Shown: positions 57,805 through 64,000 of the stretch, one piece after another
Layout of the letters: each line of letters opens with the position of its first letter
Position numbering within the stretch: the first letter of the stretch is position 1
NCBI GenBank assembly: GCA_002317145.1
Contig: DCIT01000054.1
Location: 17,322 to 81,321, forward strand
Direction: 5' to 3'
DNA from: Bacillales bacterium UBA1719
GTDB taxonomy: Bacteria > Bacillota_I > Bacilli_A > RFN20 > CAG-826
Length of the DNA stretch: 64,000 nt
Notes under the pieces: generated by a model
Told to the model about the DNA's origin: nothing
Database searches by the model: none
Seen by the model: only the letters and a program-made list of their open reading frames with translations
Made by a program: the position numbers and the translations under genes

Positions 57805-58376
57805 TGAATAAAATAGTAATGTCTCATGATGAGATACTTAAAGCCTCTAAAAAAATTGGTAAATCAATTAGTAAAGAATTAAGTAAAGAAAAAAGAATAC
57901 CTGTTGTTGTCGGAGTTATGAAAGGCGCAACAAACTTTATGATGGATTTAATTAAATACATTACTCCTAATATTTATATTGATTATATTCAAGTATCTTC
58001 TTATAACGGAACTACTACGACTGGTAAAGTTATCTTACAAAAAGATTTAACTTTTGATATAAAAAATAGGACTGTTGTATTAGTAGAAGACGTTGTTGAT
58101 ACTGGTATATCTATGAGCTATCTATTAGATTTCTTAAAAGATAGATATAAACCTAAGAGAATTATTTTAGTCGCCTTATTTGATAAGAAATTTCGTAGAA
58201 AGAAAAAAGTTAAAATAGATTACGCTGGTAAAGTATTAACTGGCGATGATTTCTTATATGGTTACGGTTTAGACTATATGGAAGTCGGACGTAATTTACC
58301 AGATGTTTATGCTCTTAATGAAAAAGATGTGTGTGAACTAAATAAAAAAATTAAAGCTGCTGAATTAATCAAATAA
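57804..58376 (+). CDS. hpt: Hypoxanthine-guanine phosphoribosyltransferase
   Basis: PRPP motif VVLVEDVVDTGISM and a GYGLDY C-terminal block. Confidence 0.92.
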   Translation: MNKIVMSHDEILKASKKIGKSISKELSKEKRIPVVVGVMKGATNFMMDLIKYITPNIYIDYIQVSSYNGTTTTGKVILQKDLTFDIKNRTVVLVEDVVDTGISMSYLLDFLKDRYKPKRIILVALFDKKFRRKKKVKIDYAGKVLTGDDFLYGYGLDYMEVGRNLPDVYALNEKDVCELNKKIKAAELIK

Positions 58377-59133
58377 ACATTAGCATTACTGCTAAAACAA
58401 ATTGCGCAACATAATATGTTCCGTGATTAGCAATAATATATAAACGAGATTCTGGATTTACTAAAGCATTTTTGCTCAAGTATTTATCTTTCTCACTGAA
58501 GTAAGTAAATGAAAGAATTAAGTCAGAGACTAAGAAGAACATTGATCCAATAAATCTTAAGATGTTAGCAAGAGTCATTTTATCAAGCATAACGATTAAA
58601 GAAATGATTCCGAAGTTAGTTAATAAGAAACAATAAAGTAGTGAAGGAACTAAAAATTTACCAAAATGTAAGTGACTCATTTTACCTGCTCCAAAGACAA
58701 TTAAACAGCTAGCAGCAACAGCACCTAAACTTGAATAAAGTAAATTCATTAAATGATTTGGATTAAGAATTAAAACACCAGTGATATAAAGAATATGTCC
58801 AACTGCGAATGCTCCCATACCAATATAGGTAACAAAATCACTGTCTTTCATATTATTTGGATATCTTAAAGATTTAAAATAAACTTTAAAATCTAAAGTA
58901 AAATCACCGAATAATCCGAACAATAATCCAACAACCATTAAAATAATGAATGTCTTTTTAGCGACATCAAATTTGCCATCATTATTCATAACTGCAACTA
59001 AAGCAGTAACGATAAAGAAAATAGATGTTAAGGTCTTTAAACAAATTGCTAATGGAGATGATTTTTTATCTCTAAAAATCAAAAACGCAATCATGGTTAA
59101 GGCACCTAAACCAACAAATAAATAAGTAATCAT
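58369..59133 (-). CDS. YhhN-family membrane protein (lysoplasmalogenase-like)
   Basis: 8 TM segments. GDFTLD and LVSDLIL motifs are typical of YhhN/TMEM86. Confidence 0.7.
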   Translation of the reverse strand: MITYLFVGLGALTMIAFLIFRDKKSSPLAICLKTLTSIFFIVTALVAVMNNDGKFDVAKKTFIILMVVGLLFGLFGDFTLDFKVYFKSLRYPNNMKDSDFVTYIGMGAFAVGHILYITGVLILNPNHLMNLLYSSLGAVAASCLIVFGAGKMSHLHFGKFLVPSLLYCFLLTNFGIISLIVMLDKMTLANILRFIGSMFFLVSDLILSFTYFSEKDKYLSKNALVNPESRLYIIANHGTYYVAQFVLAVMLMFI

Positions 59134-59229
59134 ATAAATCCTCTCTACGTATTATTTTAACTTGAAAAGATGCTAATTTGCTTAAAATTCTATTTTATTT
59201 TCAAAAAATAAATTTATAATATTTATGAT

Positions 59230-60012
59230 ATGGCTCCATTCTTGATAGACTTTATCAATCCATTTAGTACCACAAATTCAATTATTGATTTTGTCTTAGC
59301 AATCTTGTTATTAGGATTAATAATATTCTTATCAATTAAATTTAAATTTAATAAATTTTCAATAATTTTATTAACTAGTTTATCTACAGCTTTAATTATT
59401 ACTTGTTTATTTCAGTTCACAATTTCATCTTATTTCTTATTTGTCTTAGAAGTTGCTTTAGTATTCGTTTTAAGTTTAACTCATACTGGAGCGATTAGAA
59501 CTTTCTTCTCTAAAATCGCTCAACCTAAATCAGTCGTTAAAAAGACAAATCCAGATAAGATCATTGATCACGAAGCTTTATATAATGAGATATACGAAAC
59601 TGTTGCAGCATGTTCAAATCAGAAGATTGGTGCACTTATTACTTTTGAAAAACATGATAATTTAAAGAACTTAACTAAAAACGGAACGGTTATTAACGCT
59701 CCTGTTACACACGAATTATTAATGACTATTTTCTATCCTGGTACTCGTTTACATGATGGTGCAGTTATTATTAAAGATAATATGATTTATGCCGCCAGTG
59801 TTTATTACACACCAACAACAAAAGCTTTAAGTGGTAAATATGGTTCAAGACATAGAGCAGCAATTGGTATCTCAGAAATGAGTGATGCTGTTACTGTTGT
59901 CGTTAGCGAAGAAACTGGACGTATATCCATCTCTCAACGTGGAGATATTGAACCAGTCGCCTTAGATGATTTCATTCGTGTATTGAATGAAAAAATGACT
60001 GAAGGCGAATAA
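59230..60012 (+). CDS. cdaA: Diadenylate cyclase CdaA (membrane-anchored DisA_N)
   Basis: 3 N-terminal TM segments. DAC motifs GALITFE, RLHDGAVII, GSRHRAAIGISE and VVVSEETGRIS. Confidence 0.93.
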   Translation: MAPFLIDFINPFSTTNSIIDFVLAILLLGLIIFLSIKFKFNKFSIILLTSLSTALIITCLFQFTISSYFLFVLEVALVFVLSLTHTGAIRTFFSKIAQPKSVVKKTNPDKIIDHEALYNEIYETVAACSNQKIGALITFEKHDNLKNLTKNGTVINAPVTHELLMTIFYPGTRLHDGAVIIKDNMIYAASVYYTPTTKALSGKYGSRHRAAIGISEMSDAVTVVVSEETGRISISQRGDIEPVALDDFIRVLNEKMTEGE

Positions 60013-60014
60013 TA

Positions 60015-60386
60015 TTAATAATCGATTCTAATTAATTTAATAGATAATTTCTCGAAGTCCTCTTCGAGATTTTTTGAATTCTTAATTAACTTATTTATAT
60101 TTACTTTATTTTGATATAAAAACATGATGTCTTTAATTTCGTAATAAACAGTTTTGTTTTTTAATTTACATACGCCTTCTTTAAATGGATATGTATAAAC
60201 TCTTCTATAAATAATAGGAAAATAAAATGTAAATTTACGATTTTCTATTTTATGAAATTTACGATTCTTTTCAATAATAGAAACATAATTATCTTTTGTA
60301 TAAATTACTCCCGTTAATAAGAAAACAAAGATTGCAAAGACAATTGCTAATACGAGGATTAAAACAAATTCTACAAAATTTACCAT
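60015..60386 (-). CDS. Small membrane-anchored hypothetical protein
   Basis: One N-terminal TM segment. Weak resemblance to the start of SPFH/band-7 proteins only. Confidence 0.4.
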   Translation of the reverse strand: MVNFVEFVLILVLAIVFAIFVFLLTGVIYTKDNYVSIIEKNRKFHKIENRKFTFYFPIIYRRVYTYPFKEGVCKLKNKTVYYEIKDIMFLYQNKVNINKLIKNSKNLEEDFEKLSIKLIRIDY

Positions 60387-60410
60387 GTAAATATTTTATA
60401 ATTATCGCGT

Positions 60411-61016
60411 ATGAAAAATAAAGAATTTTACGATTTTTTAATAAAAGTGCAGTCCATCGCTAAGATGGGATTAGTATATTCTAAAGATCCATATGCGATA
60501 GATAATTACAATGAAATTAATGATTTAACTAAGAAGATGTTAGAGAAATTTCAAGATGTAAAATTTGATCGTAATAATTACTTTACTAAAGAAGTTTATC
60601 CTACTCCTAATATATCTGTTAGAACAGTAGTCTATAACAAAAAAGGTGAAATTTTATTAGTTAGAGAGAAGGTTGATGGTGGATATTCTATTCCAGGTGG
60701 TTGGTGTGATTTATATGAATCCTCTAGCGAGACCGCAAAAAAAGAAGTAATGCAAGAAGCGGGTATTAAAGTTAAAAATTTAAGATTAGTAGGATTTTTT
60801 CATCAAGTTCCATTTCGTGATAATGTAACAGTACCAGCCTTTGTAGTTGTCTATACCGCTGATTTTGTATCACAAAAGAAAGAACATAGTTATGAGACTA
60901 CTGATGTTAATTTCTTCTCACTAAAAAAACTTCCAAAGCTATCTTATAAAGTAACAAAAAGAGAATTAGATTTAATGATAAAAGCTTCTAAATCAAAAGA
61001 AGTATTATTCGATTAA
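60411..61016 (+). CDS. NUDIX hydrolase with N-terminal NUDIX-associated domain
   Basis: Nudix box GGWCDLYESSSETAKKEVMQEAGI. Confidence 0.85.
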   Translation: MKNKEFYDFLIKVQSIAKMGLVYSKDPYAIDNYNEINDLTKKMLEKFQDVKFDRNNYFTKEVYPTPNISVRTVVYNKKGEILLVREKVDGGYSIPGGWCDLYESSSETAKKEVMQEAGIKVKNLRLVGFFHQVPFRDNVTVPAFVVVYTADFVSQKKEHSYETTDVNFFSLKKLPKLSYKVTKRELDLMIKASKSKEVLFD

Positions 61017-61039
61017 TTAAATAGTTGTAAAATAAATAC

Positions 61040-61555
61040 ATGGAAGAAGAATTACTAATAAGTGCTAAACCAAGTAGAAGAATTTTTGCTTTCTTGTTTG
61101 ATGCATTTTTAAATTTATTAGTCTCTAGTTTATTAGTTATTCCATGTGTTTTAGCGTTTATTGAAGCGTATCAAAACCCAGGTGATCACTTTAAATTAGT
61201 AGCATTATTTATTTCTAGTTTAATTGCTGGGGCATTAGTAATTTGTTTATATATCTTTTATTTTGTATGTCTTCCAGTTATTAGAGAAGGTCAGACACTA
61301 GGTAAGAAATTATTTAAAATTCGTATTATTTCAGTAGACACTAATGAAGGCCCGAATGCTAAAACAATGTTTCTAAGAGAAGCATTTAGAATTATTATTT
61401 TTGTTATGACTTTTGGATTAAGTGGAATTGCTAGTTTTATATCTTTGTTAGTAAGCGATAAGCATACAACATTCCATGAACAATTATCATCTACTAGAGT
61501 AGTAAATGTTAATATCTTTTCTAAAGAAAAAGTTAGTAAAATTGATGTAAATTAA
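61040..61555 (+). CDS. RDD-family membrane protein
   Basis: SRRIFAFLFDAFL N-terminus, GQTLGKKLFKIRII and 3 TM segments. Confidence 0.7.
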   Translation: MEEELLISAKPSRRIFAFLFDAFLNLLVSSLLVIPCVLAFIEAYQNPGDHFKLVALFISSLIAGALVICLYIFYFVCLPVIREGQTLGKKLFKIRIISVDTNEGPNAKTMFLREAFRIIIFVMTFGLSGIASFISLLVSDKHTTFHEQLSSTRVVNVNIFSKEKVSKIDVN

Positions 61556-62199
61556 TCTTCAGTTCCGAAGATTCTATCGCCAGCATCTCCTAAACCAGGG
61601 AGAATATATTTATTACTATTTAATTGACGATCAAGCGCGCCTATGTATACAGGTACATCTGGGAATACTTTTTCAAATGCTTTAACACCTTCAGGTGCAG
61701 CAACAATACAAATAAAGCTAATCTTTTTAACACCTTTTTTCTTTAATGTTCTAACAGCGTCAATCGCTGATCCACCAGTCGCAAACATTGGATCAATTAA
61801 AAAGACTTCCATGTTCTTAATATTTTTTGGTAATTTGCAGAAATATTCTACAGGTTTTTTTGTTTTAGGATCACGGTATAAACCAATATGTCCAATCTTA
61901 ACTCCAGGAATTAAATCAGTTAATCCATCAACCATTCCTAATCCTGCTCTTAAGATAGGTACAAAGCATAACTTTGAACCATCTACTAATGGTTGAGTAG
62001 TTTTCTCTAATGGAGTAGTGATAACTGTTTTTTTTGTTGAGATATTTCTTAATGCTTCAAATCCTTCAAGCATTGCTATTTCTTTTACAGTATTTCTAAA
62101 AGTTGTTGTACCAGTATTTTTATCTCTTAAAATTGCAATTTTATGAGTTAAAAGAGGATGATTCAATACATGCACATTTTTATAATTAATTTTAGCCAT
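61552..62199 (-). CDS. upp: Uracil phosphoribosyltransferase
   Basis: HPLLTHK..., ILRAGLGM and a PRPP motif FLIDPMFATGGSA. Confidence 0.95.
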   Translation of the reverse strand: MAKINYKNVHVLNHPLLTHKIAILRDKNTGTTTFRNTVKEIAMLEGFEALRNISTKKTVITTPLEKTTQPLVDGSKLCFVPILRAGLGMVDGLTDLIPGVKIGHIGLYRDPKTKKPVEYFCKLPKNIKNMEVFLIDPMFATGGSAIDAVRTLKKKGVKKISFICIVAAPEGVKAFEKVFPDVPVYIGALDRQLNSNKYILPGLGDAGDRIFGTED

Positions 62200-62320
62200 T
62201 TTGTTCTCCTAAATTACTATTGATAATTTTACATAAAATTAATTATCTTGTCTAATAAAATTTATTTAGTTAAAAATTAACCAAAAAATTATGTATCTAA
62301 AGATAGTCTAAAAAATAAAT

Positions 62321-62349
62321 TTGCAATATTTTTCTAGTTTGTGTATGAT
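62321..62349 (+). promoter_or_regulatory. Promoter of the rplK-rplA operon
   Basis: -35 TTGCAA (62321-26), 17-nt spacer, -10 TATGAT (62344-49). Confidence 0.45.
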
Positions 62350-62354
62350 ATAAA

Positions 62355-62460
62355 GCACTGTGCTCTTCTTGTGTGCGTACATGTAAGAGTATTAGATACT
62401 AGCGTGGGAGAGTATATGATCGCTCGCATACCACTGCTAGTAGATTCAATTTAAGGAGGA
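62355..62460 (+). promoter_or_regulatory. Structured rplK leader, candidate L1-binding autoregulatory site
   Basis: Nested helices ACTAGC/GCTAGT and GTGG/CCAC enclose a GGGAGAG...CTCGC core. GC-richer than its flanks. Confidence 0.35.
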
Positions 62461-62466
62461 ATCTAC

Positions 62467-62880
62467 ATGGCAAAAAAGATCGCTAAAGTTGTGAAGATGG
62501 AACTTCCAGGCGGCGCTGCAAAACCAGGTCCTAAACTTGCTTCTGCTGGTGTCATCATGCCTAAGTTTTGTACAGACTTTAACGCCAAAACGGCTGACCG
62601 TAAAGGCGAAACAGTTCCTGTCATCATCACAGCCTATGAAGACAAATCACATAGCTTTGTCATCAAAACAACTCCAACTGCAGAGTTACTATTAAAAGCA
62701 GCGGGGATTAAGAAAGGCACCCCTAATCGTAAGACCACAACTGTTGGTTCGATTAAAAAAGAACAAATTAGAAAAATTGCAGAGTACAAGATGCCTGATC
62801 TTAACTGCAATGATATTGAAGCAGCAATTAAAGTTATCGAAGGTACTGCCTTCAATATTGGCTTAAAGGTGGTTGACTAA
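62467..62880 (+). CDS. rplK: 50S ribosomal protein L11
   Basis: MAKKIAKVVKMELPGGAAKPGPKLASAG... is typical of L11. Confidence 0.96.
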   Translation: MAKKIAKVVKMELPGGAAKPGPKLASAGVIMPKFCTDFNAKTADRKGETVPVIITAYEDKSHSFVIKTTPTAELLLKAAGIKKGTPNRKTTTVGSIKKEQIRKIAEYKMPDLNCNDIEAAIKVIEGTAFNIGLKVVD

Positions 62881-62882
62881 TT

Positions 62883-63572
62883 ATGTTTCGTGGTAAGAAA
62901 TATAAGAAAGCCGCAGAGTTAATCAAAGCTGATAAACTCTATAGCCTAAACGAAGCAAGCGCACTTGTTAAAAAAACTTCGGTAACAAAATTCGATTCGA
63001 CAATCGATTTAAGTGTCAAACTCAATGTTGATACTAAGTTAGCGGATCAAATGATTCGTGGTACATTAGTGCTTCCACATGGTAATGGCAAAACTAAGAA
63101 AGTCTTAGCTATTACTAACAAAGTTGATGATGCTAAAGCTGCTGGCGCAGATTTCGCTGGTGGTAAAGAGATGATTGAAAAAATCACTAAAGAAAATTGG
63201 TTTGGTTTTGATGTCATCGTCGCTACTCCTGATATGATGGGAGAAATCGGTAAGATCGGTCGTATCTTAGGACCTAAAGGCTTAATGCCAAATCCTAAGA
63301 GTGGAACAGTATCTCCTGACATCAAGAAAGCTGTTAAAGAGATTAAAGCTGGTAAAGTTGAATACCGTGTTGATAAAGACGGGAACATCAACTTAAGCAT
63401 TGGTCGCGTTAGCTTTGATGAAAAGAAGATTGCTGAAAACTTACAAGCGATTTGTGACGCTATTGTAAGAAGCAAACCATTAAGTGTGAAAGGACATTAC
63501 ATTACAAATGCTGTCATTCATACGACAATGGGTCCAAGCATTCACATCACGTTTGACGGTCGTGAATTATAA
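62883..63572 (+). CDS. rplA: 50S ribosomal protein L1
   Basis: GTLVLPHGNGKTKKVLA...ATPDMMGEIGKIGRILGPKGLMPNPK. Confidence 0.96.
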   Translation: MFRGKKYKKAAELIKADKLYSLNEASALVKKTSVTKFDSTIDLSVKLNVDTKLADQMIRGTLVLPHGNGKTKKVLAITNKVDDAKAAGADFAGGKEMIEKITKENWFGFDVIVATPDMMGEIGKIGRILGPKGLMPNPKSGTVSPDIKKAVKEIKAGKVEYRVDKDGNINLSIGRVSFDEKKIAENLQAICDAIVRSKPLSVKGHYITNAVIHTTMGPSIHITFDGREL

Positions 63573-63589
63573 TCGTCAATAAAATAAAT

Positions 63590-63700
63590 TGTAAAAGAAG
63601 TAGTACCTAAGAAAGTAACGGCATTAACGCTTAATAATGTTACCGAGGAAACAAACTCTATTCTAGATATTGCATCCTCTACAATGAAAAGTTGAGAAAA
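63590..63700 (+). promoter_or_regulatory. Candidate L10 (rplJ) leader
   Basis: 141-nt untranslated spacer with helix GTAAC(GG...)GTTAC before rplJ. This is the position of the Firmicute L10 leader. Confidence 0.35.
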
Positions 63701-63713
63701 AGGAGGGAAAGGA

Positions 63714-64000
63714 ATGAATCAACAAATTCTCAAAAGCAAGCAAGAGACTGTTAGCAAGATCATTGATGTTGCCAAGAAATCTCAAAGTATTGTTATTGCT
63801 GAATATCGTGGTTTAACTGTTAGTGAGCTCACTGAATTAAGACGTGAATTACTCAAGAACAAAGCAAGCCTCAATGTTTACAAAAATACGCTTGTATCTC
63901 GTGCATTTAAAGAACTTAAACTTTCTTTAGATGAACACCTCACTGGACCAAATGCCTATGTTTTCTCTGAAGAAATTACAGGTGGTCCAAGTGTCTTACA
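63714..64000 (+). CDS. rplJ: 50S ribosomal protein L10 (N-terminal part; 3' end outside window)
   Basis: Hand translation MNQQILKSKQETVSKIIDVAKKSQSIVIAEYRGLTVSELTELRRELLK... AGGAGGG RBS upstream. Confidence 0.9.
   Translation, partial: MNQQILKSKQETVSKIIDVAKKSQSIVIAEYRGLTVSELTELRRELLKNKASLNVYKNTLVSRAFKELKLSLDEHLTGPNAYVFSEEITGGPSVL

Noticed and set aside
63047-63475. 142-aa minus-strand ORF inside rplA. Similar cases occur at 53342-53689, 61643-61996, 62634-62855, 25118-25411 and 9463-9765.
   Set aside because: All are antisense to highly conserved genes (rplA, mrp, upp, rplK, rsmI, ABC2) and show no independent coding evidence.
1-64000. Scan for CRISPR arrays, rRNA genes, IS elements or transposases, integrases and prophage genes
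   Set aside because: I found no regularly spaced direct repeats, no rRNA-like conserved stretches, and no ORF with transposase, integrase or phage structural motifs.

Overview
This is a low-GC, very gene-dense chromosomal window. It appears to come from a Firmicutes/Mollicutes-lineage bacterium that uses UGA as a stop codon (e.g. stops at 9213-9215, 18943-18945, 20997-20999). Gene content looks Acholeplasma- or Erysipelotrichia-like, but that lineage call is inference only.

Most of the window is housekeeping:
- the end of the ribosomal-protein/secY cluster (secY-adk-map-infA-rpmJ-rpsM-rpsK-rpoA-rplQ)
- ychF-ispF-argS-rpoE-fba
- a DtxR-family regulator divergent from feoAB
- dnaX-ybaB-recR-tmk-holB-yaaT-rsmI on the minus strand
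- sufCDSUB, mnmG-rsmG and parAB
- a CUT2-type sugar ABC operon
- glyA, a P-type metal ATPase, xpt-hpt, cdaA and upp
- rplK-rplA-rplJ

Four patches look accessory or under-explained:
1. 6.8-12.9 kb: a structured, GC-richer leader, two fused ATPase-FtsX ABC proteins and a co-operonic Abi_2 (AbiD/F-like) gene.
2. 45.9-46.7 kb: a ToxN/AbiQ-like type III toxin gene with no obvious antitoxin repeat array, next to a tRNA Ile-Val-Thr cluster.
3. 47.0-52.9 kb: a STAS protein plus two tandem membrane SpoIIE/PP2C phosphatases with a divergent sensor domain, followed by a DUF2188 membrane protein.
4. 22.8-25.1 kb: a duplicated DUF1538 membrane protein with two P-II-like proteins.

I saw no CRISPR array, transposase, integrase or rRNA. 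All homology calls are by-eye motif recognition, not database searches.
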